The notes beneath the pieces were generated by a model that was not told the DNA's origin, did not search any database, and was given only the letters and a program-made list of their open reading frames with translations. From contig JANNWY010000318.1 of the NCBI GenBank assembly GCA_031409335.1, positions 1 to 39,265 on the forward strand: DNA of 39,265 bases, given 5' to 3'. Within the stretch, counting starts at the first letter, position 1. Each line of letters starts with the position of its first letter. Made by a program: the position numbers and the translations under genes. Of this stretch, positions 9,825-18,240 are shown in pieces. This stretch comes from Chthoniobacteraceae bacterium. Its GTDB lineage: Bacteria > Verrucomicrobiota > Verrucomicrobiia > Chthoniobacterales > Chthoniobacteraceae.

Positions 9825-10005
9825 GCCGACGATGCGGAGACGCTGAGAGGCCGGGGCCGGGAAGCCACGATTCATCGACGAGTCTGACGGAGACGCGATC
9901 GCGCAGGTGGACGCAGTCTTTGTCGCGGAAGGCGGCGAGTTTTATGGGCACGAGGGGTGCGAGCAAGGTGAGACGGAACTCTCCGGCGTCCTCACTCTGG
10001 TCGGT
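9825..10005 (-). pseudogene. Degraded C-terminal fragment of a putative nucleotidyltransferase-family gene
   Basis: Translation SEDAGEFRLTLLAPLVPIKLAAFRDKDCVHLRDRVSVRLVDESW resembles the KL..FR.KD..HL.D....GL.D.SW C-terminus recalled for PVC nucleotidyltransferase-like proteins. No start or N-terminus. Confidence 0.4.
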
Positions 10006-10092
10006 GCGGGCAACGATGCCGATTTGGATACACACACAATTGGTCTGGTGAACCACGGGCTCTGGATGGTTAATCCGGTGCTTCTCCGACCC

Positions 10093-11121
10093 ATGCCAAA
10101 TCTCAACCGCCGCTTTTCCTGCGCACTCGCGCTCATTTTATCCCTCGCCTCACTGCGTGCCGACGACGCGCCGCTTTGGCTGACGTATCCCGGCGGCGAC
10201 GGGCCGGGGAAGGGGAAGCGTGTGGTGCTGATCGCGGCGGACCAGGAGTATCGCAGCGAGCAATCCATGCCGATGATGGCGAAAATTCTCAGCACGCATC
10301 ATGGCTTTGATTGCACGGTGCTTTTTGCGGTGGATGAGAAGGGGGAGGTGGACCCGACGATGCCGGTTTATCCGGAGAAGGGGCAGGCGCTGAAGGAGCA
10401 TCACATCCCCGGTCTGGAGCAGCTCGCGTCCGCGGACCTCGTGATCTTTTTCCCGCGCCTCCTGACGCTGCCGATGCCGGAGCGCGAGATGATCGTGAAA
10501 TATGTGGATTCCGGAAAGCCGATCATTTCGCTGCGGACAGGGAATCACGGGTTTCACGCGGCGCTGCCTTACCAGATCAACGGCAAGCAGGTGCGCTGGG
10601 GCGAGGATGTGCTGGGCGGTTCGTTCATGGGGCATCACGGGCGCTATCACGCGGACTCGACTCGCGGGAACATCGTGCCGGAGCAAAAAGATCATCCCAT
10701 CCTGCGCGGCGTGAGCGCCATCTGGGGCGACTCGGATGTTTACCGGACTTACAAGGAAGGCGGGAGCCTGCCGGAGGGCTGCACGGCGCTGGTGTGGGGA
10801 CAGCCGTTGATGGGCCGCAAGCAGAGCGATGAGCCGAATCCGAAGCTGGAGCCGCTGCCGGTGGCTTGGTTCAAAAACTGGGAGACGAGCGAGGGCAAAA
10901 CAGCGCGCGTTTTTCAGTCCACGATGGGCAGTGGGACGGACCTGCAAAACCCTGGCTTGCGTCGGCTGATCATCAACGCGGCGTATTGGGGAATGGGCAT
11001 CGAAGCGGACATCACAGCGACGCGCAGTGTGGATATCGTCGGCACCTACAAGCCGCTGGAGAGCGGGTTCGCCTACAAGGAAATCGGCGTCGTGGCGAAG
11101 CCAGTGTCGGCTTACAAATAG
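10093..11121 (+). CDS. ThuA-like (trehalose utilisation, class I glutamine amidotransferase-like fold) secreted protein
   Basis: Start re-placed at ATG 10093 (signal peptide). Motifs GKRVVLIAADQEYRSE, IPGLEQL, DHPILRGV, PVAW and RVFQSTMG. Confidence 0.8.
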   Translation: MPNLNRRFSCALALILSLASLRADDAPLWLTYPGGDGPGKGKRVVLIAADQEYRSEQSMPMMAKILSTHHGFDCTVLFAVDEKGEVDPTMPVYPEKGQALKEHHIPGLEQLASADLVIFFPRLLTLPMPEREMIVKYVDSGKPIISLRTGNHGFHAALPYQINGKQVRWGEDVLGGSFMGHHGRYHADSTRGNIVPEQKDHPILRGVSAIWGDSDVYRTYKEGGSLPEGCTALVWGQPLMGRKQSDEPNPKLEPLPVAWFKNWETSEGKTARVFQSTMGSGTDLQNPGLRRLIINAAYWGMGIEADITATRSVDIVGTYKPLESGFAYKEIGVVAKPVSAYK

Positions 11122-11139
11122 CGCGCCACTCCGAACACC

Positions 11140-11205
11140 ATGTTCGTCGATTCACGGAGCGATACCTTCACGCAGCCGAAACCCGCGATGCGTGAGGTGA
11201 TCGTT
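11140..11205 (+). pseudogene. ltaE: N-terminal remnant of low-specificity threonine aldolase
   Basis: MFVDSRSDTFTQPKPAMREVI matches the LtaE N-terminal pattern (DLRSDTVTxPxxAM); similarity stops after about 21 codons. Confidence 0.6.
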
Positions 11206-11281
11206 TCCTCATCGCTGGCAACGCCACCTCGCGCGCCGTCCGTGTTTGCAACGTCCGGCGTTTCGTGTGGTTCATGGTTTG

Positions 11282-12172
11282 ATGAAACTCCTCGCCTGCC
11301 TCCTCCTCCTCGCCGCCGTCTCCCTCGCTAGCGCGCAACCAGCCGGGCGCCCGCTGCCCGCTGGCTACACCGCGAAGCGTGATGTGACCTACGTCGCTGG
11401 TGGTACGGACCGCCAGCGGCTCGATGTTTTCTTTCCCGAAAAATCCGTGAAACCCGTGCCGCTGATCGTTTGGATTCACGGCGGCGCGTGGAGCGCGGGA
11501 TCAAAGGATCGCTGCCCGGCGCTTCCGCTGCTCGGGGATGGCTACGCTGTTGCCAGCGTCACCTATCGCTTCAGCCAGCACGGCGTTTTTCCCGCGCAGA
11601 TCGAGGACTGCCGCGCGGCTATCCGCTGGCTGCGCGCGCACGCCGCGGAGATGAACATCGATCCCGCGCGGATCGGCGCGTGGGGCAGTTCCGCGGGCGG
11701 CCATCTCGTCGCGCTGCTCGGCGTCGCTGGCGATGAGACCGCTTGGGACAAAGGCGACCATGTCGATCAATCCGCGCGCGTGCAGGCGGTCGTGAATTGG
11801 TTTGGCCCGGCGGACTTGCTCACGATGGGTGCGCAGAGCGACGCCGACTCGCGTATCAAACACGACGACGCCAACTCGCCGGAGAGCCGGCTGATCGGCG
11901 GAGCCGTGCAGGAGCAAAAGGAAAAGGCCCGCGCCGCGAGTCCCGTCGCCTACGTGACCAGGGACGATGCGCCAATGCTGCTCATGCACGGCGACCGCGA
12001 CCCACTCGTTCCTCACGCACAAAGTATCGAACTGCGCGACGCCCTGCAAAAAGTGGGAGCCGAAGCCACACTCCAGACGCTCCCTGGCGCGGGACATGGC
12101 GGCGGCGATTTTGGCAAGCGCGAGACGTTCGAGGCCGTCCGGGCGTTCTTCGCGCGGCATCTGAAAAAGTAA
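11282..12172 (+). CDS. Secreted alpha/beta hydrolase (HSL-like esterase/lipase)
   Basis: HGGAW oxyanion motif, GSSAGG nucleophile elbow, HGDRDPLVP and GAGHG; signal peptide from ATG 11282. Confidence 0.92.
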   Translation: MKLLACLLLLAAVSLASAQPAGRPLPAGYTAKRDVTYVAGGTDRQRLDVFFPEKSVKPVPLIVWIHGGAWSAGSKDRCPALPLLGDGYAVASVTYRFSQHGVFPAQIEDCRAAIRWLRAHAAEMNIDPARIGAWGSSAGGHLVALLGVAGDETAWDKGDHVDQSARVQAVVNWFGPADLLTMGAQSDADSRIKHDDANSPESRLIGGAVQEQKEKARAASPVAYVTRDDAPMLLMHGDRDPLVPHAQSIELRDALQKVGAEATLQTLPGAGHGGGDFGKRETFEAVRAFFARHLKK

Positions 12173-12654
12173 CGCATCCCGGTTACTTCCCGCATCGCAA
12201 GTCCTGCCGCTGCTCGCAAGCGCGCGGGCGAGGTGGGCGTAGTCGGCGCTCGCGAATACCGGGGAAAAAACTGCGAAGCGGAAAGGGTGGCGGCCCGCAT
12301 ACTGGGCTGACGAGACGGCGATGGTGGCGTGGATGTGGTGGGGCAAAATCGCCGACCTGACGAAAACCGCTGTGAACTGGATAGCACTCAGCCTACCGGC
12401 ACCGGCGACCTCGTTTCCTCGTTATCAATCCCATCCGCTTCACCCTTTCCACATGCGACCCACCTCCAAGACGGGTTTTTGATCTTTTTTACCATCGCGA
12501 AAACATTTTTGGAAACTTCTTGCCCGTGAATCGCAATATAAAGGTAGCAAGCAATCTTTCGGTTCGCCCCATGCGCGGATTCGCGGGAGTGCAGGCACCA
12601 CCCACCTTCCGCAAACCGTTCCACCAGACTTTCACCCTTTTGCCGATTCGCACC

Positions 12655-12752
12655 ATGAAAACACGACACGCCGCACCAAAATCTCAGGCCCGCGCAAGAC
12701 ACGCTGATTCTGGCGGGCGCGATCACCTTCACCGGCGCAACCAACGTGGGCA
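12655..12752 (+). pseudogene. Remnant of an autotransporter-associated beta-strand-repeat gene
   Basis: ATG 12655 (MKTRH...) follows an AT-richer stretch. An out-of-frame segment from 12701 reads TLILAGAITFTGATNVG, matching the GTLxLxGxNTYTGxTxV repeat pattern. Confidence 0.45.
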
Positions 12753-12798
12753 GACGGATCCAAGCGGCGGCGGGGTTTAGTGCGTTCCGGGGGGGGAG

Positions 12799-12874
12799 CC
12801 AGCGGCGTTATCACCACACGGGAGGCACTCATTTCCATGAGTGGCGCGGGAAACCGTGTGAATGACGCCGCTGG
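12799..12874 (+). other. Three-stem imperfect hairpin (candidate structured RNA or REP-like element)
   Basis: Nested stems CCAGCGGCGTTA/TGACGCCGCTGG, CACACGG/CCGTGTG and CACTCAT/ATGAGTG around a TTCC loop. Confidence 0.6.
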
Positions 12875-13027
12875 AGTTTTTCCGAGGTGGTGTGCTCCAA
12901 TCCGGGGGCGAACTTGAAAAAGGCGCGGCATCCGCGCTCGCGGTGTGGCTTGATCGGCACGGGCGCTCGCTCTCAAAAGTTTCCCGCCGCGCTGCCTTCA
13001 CTCACCGCGCGCATCGTCCCCCTCGTT

Positions 13028-13483
13028 TTACGCCAGCAATTCGACGCGCGGGAGTCGCGCGGGGTGCCACGGGTTTTGGGTGAATTCGTTTTGGCTCAAG
13101 GCGCTCGCGTATCGCGCGCAGAGAGCGATTTGTTCTCCCACATCCAGCCGGTGATGCAGCGGCGCGAACGGCGCGATGTTTTTCATCCCGAGCGCAAACA
13201 GCCGCGCCGCGGGGCGCAGTCGCCTGCCATCTTTCGGATGATCGGGCCGCAGGAATTGCTTCCGCAAATGCACGAACGCGCCGGCGATTTGGATCAGCCC
13301 TTTGAAAAAGGCATGATCCGCGCCTTCGGTCCGCAGCCAGAGTTGTTCGAGCACATCGTGCGCTTCGTAGTAGTCGCCGCGATTGAAGCACGTGAAAAAT
13401 CCCGTGTAGTGCGGGTCGAGATCGAGGCCGGGGGCCGTGGTGAGCGTCTCGACGTAGGCGGAAATGCGGTCGCTTTTTTTCAT
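13028..13483 (-). CDS. DUF309 domain protein
   Basis: Motifs FNRGDYYEAHDVLEQLW and FKGLIQIAGAFVHL. Confidence 0.88.
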   Translation of the reverse strand: MKKSDRISAYVETLTTAPGLDLDPHYTGFFTCFNRGDYYEAHDVLEQLWLRTEGADHAFFKGLIQIAGAFVHLRKQFLRPDHPKDGRRLRPAARLFALGMKNIAPFAPLHHRLDVGEQIALCARYASALSQNEFTQNPWHPARLPRVELLA

Positions 13484-13577
13484 CGCGTCTCGGGTGCGGC
13501 GAATCTATCTATCCCGGGCCTGTGCAAGACAAGAAGCGTTTGAAATCCGAGGCGTCCGTTCTCGCGGCGGCAATCTG

Positions 13578-14846
13578 ATGCCGCCCGGCTCGCTTATCGC
13601 GATCGGACTTCTCCTCCTCGTCCTGATCGCCAGTTCAGCGCTCTTTTCCGCCATCGAGACGGCGCTTTTTTCGCTCCAGCCGCAGCATCTCGACCGGCTG
13701 AAAAAGCGCAGCGAATCCTTCGGCCCCGCGCTCGCCAAGATCATGGAAAATCCGCGGCGGCTGCTCAGCGCGATCCTGCTCGCGGACTCGCTCATCAATC
13801 TCCCGCTCATCATTCTCTGCCTCTGGCTGCTGCGTGAATATGCCGCGACGGCGATGCCGTTCTGGGTCGCGGCGCTGCTCATTTTCGCGCTCATCGTTTT
13901 CGTCTGTGATCTCGTGCCAAAGCTGCTCGCGCTCGCCGATTGCTACCGCTTCGCGCGGCTCGGCGTGCGCGTCATGCAGGTCATCATGCCCATCGTCGAT
14001 CCGATCGCGCGCACGCTCCAGCGCATCAGCGAGCGCCTCGCCGATGCGATCACGCCGGCCTCGATCCAGCCGATCCCTTTTCTCAGCGAAGACGAACTCG
14101 AGACACTCGTCGAACTCAGCGCGGAAGAGGGGACGCTGCACGCGAGTGAGAGCGAGATGATCCAGGAAATCATCAAGCTCGGCGACAAGACGGCGAAGGA
14201 TTGCATGACACCGCGCGTCGATTCCTTCGCGCTCCCGGACGATCTCACCCACGAGGAACTGATACCCAAACTGCGCGCCCGCCGCTACCGCCGCGTGCCG
14301 ATCTACGGCGAGACGCCCGATGACATCCTCGGCGTGCTCGACGTGCCGCAATTCCTGCTCGATCCCGTCGCGCCGTATCAGGAGCGGCTCATCCCGCCCT
14401 CGTTCGTCGCCGAAACGATGAAGGCCATCGACCTGCTGCGCGGCTTTCTCTCGCATCCGCAAGGCATCGCATTTGTCGTGGATGAACACGGCGGCATCGA
14501 GGGAATCGTGACGTTGTCCGACATCGTCGAGGAGATCATCAGCGACGCCGTGCCCGTCGCCGAGCGCGCGTTGTATTTGGAAACCATCGGCGACGGAAAG
14601 CTGCTCGCAAACGGCTCCGCGCGGCTCGACGACATTAACGAACTGCTCCACTCCGAACTCGATGAAGACGGCATCGACACCATCGGCGGCCTCATCTTTA
14701 ACCGCCTCGGCGCACTGCCGCGACCGGGCACGCAGCTCGAAATCGGCGGGCTGAAACTCACCGTCCGGCGCACCGCGCGCAAACGGATCGAAGAAGTTCT
14801 CATCGAGCAACCCGTGATCGAAAGCGACGAGGAGGACGATTCATGA
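13578..14846 (+). CDS. CNNM/hemolysin-family protein (DUF21 + CBS pair + CorC/HlyC domain)
   Basis: Motifs SALFSAIETALFSL, CDLVPK, MTPR, VVDEHGGIEGIVTLSDIVEEI and DTIGGLIF. Start re-placed at ATG 13578. Confidence 0.92.
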   Translation: MPPGSLIAIGLLLLVLIASSALFSAIETALFSLQPQHLDRLKKRSESFGPALAKIMENPRRLLSAILLADSLINLPLIILCLWLLREYAATAMPFWVAALLIFALIVFVCDLVPKLLALADCYRFARLGVRVMQVIMPIVDPIARTLQRISERLADAITPASIQPIPFLSEDELETLVELSAEEGTLHASESEMIQEIIKLGDKTAKDCMTPRVDSFALPDDLTHEELIPKLRARRYRRVPIYGETPDDILGVLDVPQFLLDPVAPYQERLIPPSFVAETMKAIDLLRGFLSHPQGIAFVVDEHGGIEGIVTLSDIVEEIISDAVPVAERALYLETIGDGKLLANGSARLDDINELLHSELDEDGIDTIGGLIFNRLGALPRPGTQLEIGGLKLTVRRTARKRIEEVLIEQPVIESDEEDDS

Positions 14847-15796
14847 TCTGGCTCGCGGTCGGCATTTGCGTGCTCATCTCGTTCATCTTTTCGGGAGTGG
14901 AAGCCGGCGTCCTTTCCGTGAATCGCGTGCGCCTGAAGCACCGGCTGAAACTCGGCGACCGCGCCGCGCGCAAGCTCAACCGCCTGCTCGCGCGTCCCGA
15001 TCGCGTGCTCATCACGGTCATCGTCGTCACGAATCTCGCGAATATTTTCGCGCTCACGCTGACGACTCAGGCGCTCGCGCAAATCCACGGCTCGCGCGGT
15101 TACGTGATCGCCGCTTTCCTCGCGCTGCCGGTCTATTTGCTGGGCGTGGAACTCCTGCCAAAAGCGCTCTTCCGCCGCTTCCCCTATCGGTCGCTCGCGC
15201 TTCTCGCCGGATTGCTGGAACTCGCGGACCTCGTTCTCACGCCGCTGCATTTCATCGGCGAAACGCTCTTCCGCTTCGTATTCGGACGCCGCCCAGCCGA
15301 GCGCGCAAAGCTCTTCGTCGCGCGCGAGGATTTCAAATACCTCACGATCCAGAGCGAGCACGAAGGCACGCTCACCAGCGACGAGCGCCAGATGATTCAC
15401 AACGTCGTCGATTTCCGCTCGATCACCGCGCGCGACGTCATGGTGCCGATGGAAAAAGTCCACGCCATCCGCGCCCGCTCGCGCGTCTCCGAACTCATCG
15501 CGCGCAGCACCGCGAACCAGATCGACCGCTGGCCCGTGCTCTCCGACACGGGGGAAATCATCGGCCTCGTCAATCTCCTCGACATCGCCCTCGACGGACG
15601 CCGCGATGGCGTGGTCGAAAGTTACCACCGCCGCATCGTCAAAGTCGCCCCGAACGAGCCCGCGCACAGCGTCCTGCGCAAACTCCGCGCTGCCCGCACC
15701 ACGCTTGCTGCCGTGCTGGAAGCGGGCGCGAAGCCAGTCGGCATCGTGACGTGGGAAGCGCTCGTCCAGCGGCTCGTGAACACGGCGGTGCCGTGA
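14843..15796 (+). CDS. CNNM-domain protein (DUF21 + CBS pair, no CorC domain)
   Basis: Motifs FSGVEAGVLS, ELLPKALF, RDVMVP and GIVTWEAL; ATGA overlap with the upstream stop. Confidence 0.88.
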   Translation: MIWLAVGICVLISFIFSGVEAGVLSVNRVRLKHRLKLGDRAARKLNRLLARPDRVLITVIVVTNLANIFALTLTTQALAQIHGSRGYVIAAFLALPVYLLGVELLPKALFRRFPYRSLALLAGLLELADLVLTPLHFIGETLFRFVFGRRPAERAKLFVAREDFKYLTIQSEHEGTLTSDERQMIHNVVDFRSITARDVMVPMEKVHAIRARSRVSELIARSTANQIDRWPVLSDTGEIIGLVNLLDIALDGRRDGVVESYHRRIVKVAPNEPAHSVLRKLRAARTTLAAVLEAGAKPVGIVTWEALVQRLVNTAVP

Positions 15797-15854
15797 GCCC
15801 GTGCCCGGCTTGCCAAGCCCGCGCTCGTGCATTACCAAAGCGCCCCTTCTTTTT

Positions 15855-17432
15855 ATGAAAACGCCGGCCTTCACCCTCTACGACACGACCCTCCGCGATG
15901 GCACGCAAGGGACTGGCATTTCGTTCTCGGTGACGGATAAGATTCGAGTGGCGGAGCGGCTCGATGAATTCGGCGTCCACTACATCGAAGGCGGTTTTCC
16001 CGGCTCGAATCCGAAGGACGCGGAGTTTTTCCAACTCGCGAAAAAGCACCCGTGGAAGCACGCGAAGATCACCGCATTTGGCGCGACGCGCCGCGGCACG
16101 ATGGCTGTGCAGGACGATCCGCAAGTGAAGCTGCTGCTTGATGCGGAGACGCCCGCGGTCTGCATCGTCGGGAAAACGTCGCCGCTGCACGTCACCGAAA
16201 TCTTCCAAGTCTCGCTGCCGGAAAATCTCGCGATGATCGGCGACACCGTCGCGTATTTGAAAAAGCACGGACGGGAAGTGATCTACGATGCCGAGCATTT
16301 TTTTGATTCATTCAAGACGGATCGCGACTACGCGATGAGCACGATCGCCGCCGCGCGCGATGCGGGCGCGGACTTGATCGTTCTGTGCGACACCAACGGC
16401 GGCTGTCTGCCGGATGACATCGAGTCGATCACTCGCGCAGTCGTTGCGACGCTCGGCGTCGGCGTCGGCATCCACACGCACAACGACTCGGGTGTCGGCG
16501 TCGCCAATGCGCTAGCCGCAGTCCGCGCCGGGGCGGTGCAGGTGCAGGGCACGATCAATGGCTACGGTGAGCGCGTGGGCAATTGCAACCTCATCACCGT
16601 CATCGCGAATCTTCAATTGAAGCTCGGCATTCCCGTCGTCTCCGACCTCACGAAGCTGCGCGAACTCGCGCTCTTCATCGACGAACTCGCGAACGTGCCG
16701 CACGACATTCGCGCGCCTTTTGTCGGCGGCGCGGCCTTTACCCACAAGGGCGGGCAGCACGTCCACGCGGTGCAGAAATTCGCGAGCAGCTACGAGCACA
16801 TCGATCCTGCGACGGTGGGAAATCAGCGCGTCACGGTCGTGTCGGATTTATCCGGCCAGAGCAACGTGCTCGTGAAAGCGAAGGAGCTTGGATTCGAGTT
16901 TCAAAAAGGCGCGCCCGAAGTCGCGCGCATCCTCGCGGCGGTGAAGTCGCTGGAGAATGAAGGCTACGAATTCGAGGCGGCGGAAGGTTCGTTCGAGCTG
17001 CTCATCCGCAAGACGCTCGGGCGGCATCAGCCGCTGTTCGAGCTGAAGGAATACCACTGCTCATATCGCCGGAGCGGCGAGGGGCTCTGGAACAAATGCG
17101 AGGCAACGGTGAAGATCGCAGTGAGCGGCACCGCGGAATACACCGTGGCTGAAGGTGACGGCCCGGTGAACGCGCTCGATGCCGCATTGCGGAAAGCGCT
17201 CCGCCCATTTTATCCGGCGATTGATGCGATCCAGCTCGACGACTACAAAGTGCGAATCATCAACGGCCAGAGCGGCACCGCCGCGCGCACCCGCGTCCTG
17301 ATCGACTCCACGGACGGCCACGCGCACTGGGGCACGGTCGGCGTTTCGGACAATATCATCGAAGCAAGCTGGCTCGCGCTCGTGGACAGTTTCGAGTTCA
17401 AGCTGCGGGGAAATTTAGGAGTTGGGAATTAG
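15855..17432 (+). CDS. cimA: Citramalate synthase
   Basis: Motifs YDTTLRDGTQG, GFPGSNPKD, YDAEHFFD, LCDTNGG, HTHND, GYGERVGN, GYEFEAAEGSFELL and GDGPVNALD. Start ATG 15855. Confidence 0.93.
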   Translation: MKTPAFTLYDTTLRDGTQGTGISFSVTDKIRVAERLDEFGVHYIEGGFPGSNPKDAEFFQLAKKHPWKHAKITAFGATRRGTMAVQDDPQVKLLLDAETPAVCIVGKTSPLHVTEIFQVSLPENLAMIGDTVAYLKKHGREVIYDAEHFFDSFKTDRDYAMSTIAAARDAGADLIVLCDTNGGCLPDDIESITRAVVATLGVGVGIHTHNDSGVGVANALAAVRAGAVQVQGTINGYGERVGNCNLITVIANLQLKLGIPVVSDLTKLRELALFIDELANVPHDIRAPFVGGAAFTHKGGQHVHAVQKFASSYEHIDPATVGNQRVTVVSDLSGQSNVLVKAKELGFEFQKGAPEVARILAAVKSLENEGYEFEAAEGSFELLIRKTLGRHQPLFELKEYHCSYRRSGEGLWNKCEATVKIAVSGTAEYTVAEGDGPVNALDAALRKALRPFYPAIDAIQLDDYKVRIINGQSGTAARTRVLIDSTDGHAHWGTVGVSDNIIEASWLALVDSFEFKLRGNLGVGN

Positions 17433-17508
17433 GAATTAGGGTTTGGCACCGCAGCCAGCCCATTCCTCAAATCCTAAATCTCTAACTCCTAAATCTCTAA
17501 CTCCTAAA
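17414..17508. repeat. Inverted pair of ~7-nt tandem repeats with no enclosed ORF
   Basis: Left arm TTTAGGA-GTTGGGA-ATTAGGA-ATTAGGG (17414-17441); right arm TCCTAAA-TCTCTAAC-TCCTAAA-TCTCTAAC-TCCTAAA (17472-17508). Confidence 0.88.
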
Positions 17509-18170
17509 TGCTCTACCTCGTCGCCACTCCGATCGGGAACCTCGGCGACATCACGCTGCGCGCGCTGGAGGTTTTGAAGTCGGTCGATTTGATCGCCTGT
17601 GAGGACACGCGGTACAGCGGTCATTTGCTGGCGCATTTCGAGATTCGGAAGCCGCTCGTGAGTTACCACGAGCACAACGAAGCGCGGCGGACGGCGGAAC
17701 TCATCGAAGAACTCGCCGTCGGAAAAAACATCGCCGTCATTACCGATGCGGGACTTCCTGGCATCAGCGATCCCGGCCATCGTCTCCTGCGCGCGTGCAT
17801 CGAACGCGGCCTGCCCTACACGATCCTGCCTGGCCCAAGCGCGATCCTCACCGCGCTGATTGGCAGCGGATTTCCAGCGGAGGCGTTTTTCTATGGCGGC
17901 TTTCTCCCGGTAAAAAGTGGCGGGCGCGAGCGCGATGTCCGCGCGGCGATGGAGCGCGGGGTGACGAGCGTGTTCTTCGAATCCCCGCATCGCCTGCTGA
18001 AGACGCTGGAAGTTTGCGCCACGCTTTTTCCTGATCGGATGATCTGCGTCGCCCGTGAGTTGACGAAAACTTACGAGGAATTCCGCATCGGCACCGGCCC
18101 GGAATTGCTGGCGCACTACTCCGCCAAGCCCGTGAAGGGCGAGATCGTTTTTCTCGTGCATGGCGCGTAG
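17508..18170 (+). CDS. rsmI: 16S rRNA (cytidine1402-2'-O)-methyltransferase
   Basis: Motifs LYLVATPIGNLGDITLRAL, ACEDTR, DAGLPGISDPG, FESPHRL and ARELTK. Confidence 0.95.
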   Translation: MLYLVATPIGNLGDITLRALEVLKSVDLIACEDTRYSGHLLAHFEIRKPLVSYHEHNEARRTAELIEELAVGKNIAVITDAGLPGISDPGHRLLRACIERGLPYTILPGPSAILTALIGSGFPAEAFFYGGFLPVKSGGRERDVRAAMERGVTSVFFESPHRLLKTLEVCATLFPDRMICVARELTKTYEEFRIGTGPELLAHYSAKPVKGEIVFLVHGA

Positions 18171-18240
18171 GCGGTTGGCGTCGCCCCGAATTCCTCGCGC
18201 CAAACTTTTCGCCGCCGCGATTTTCTGATTCAACTTGTGC

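Noticed and set aside
1405..12200. Integron cassette array
   Set aside because: No RYYYAAC...GTTRRRY attC-type palindromes or shared spacer repeat were found by eye, and there is no integrase. The AAGTAAC/GTTACTT inverted repeat at the esterase stop is too short.
12200..12360. REP-associated tyrosine transposase remnant (minus-strand ILPHHIHATIAV, HUH-like)
   Set aside because: Only the short motif resembles the family; no downstream WQ or catalytic Tyr region is present, so it is unsupported without a search.
12290..12372. Hammerhead ribozyme (CTGACGA...CGAAA with a CGGCGAT/ATCGCCG stem)
   Set aside because: Stem II is not flush with the core, and no NUH cleavage triplet with proper stems I and III could be placed.
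12779..12896. SRP (4.5S) RNA, 6S RNA or a known riboswitch
   Set aside because: It lacks the SRP CAGG/GGAA/AGCA helix-8 motif, the 6S length and central bubble, and any aptamer consensus I recognise; kept only as an unassigned hairpin.
17414..17441. Telomere-like TTAGG(G) repeats
   Set aside because: The resemblance is coincidental: the period is 7, the tract is internal and paired with an inverted arm, and other loci use unrelated units.
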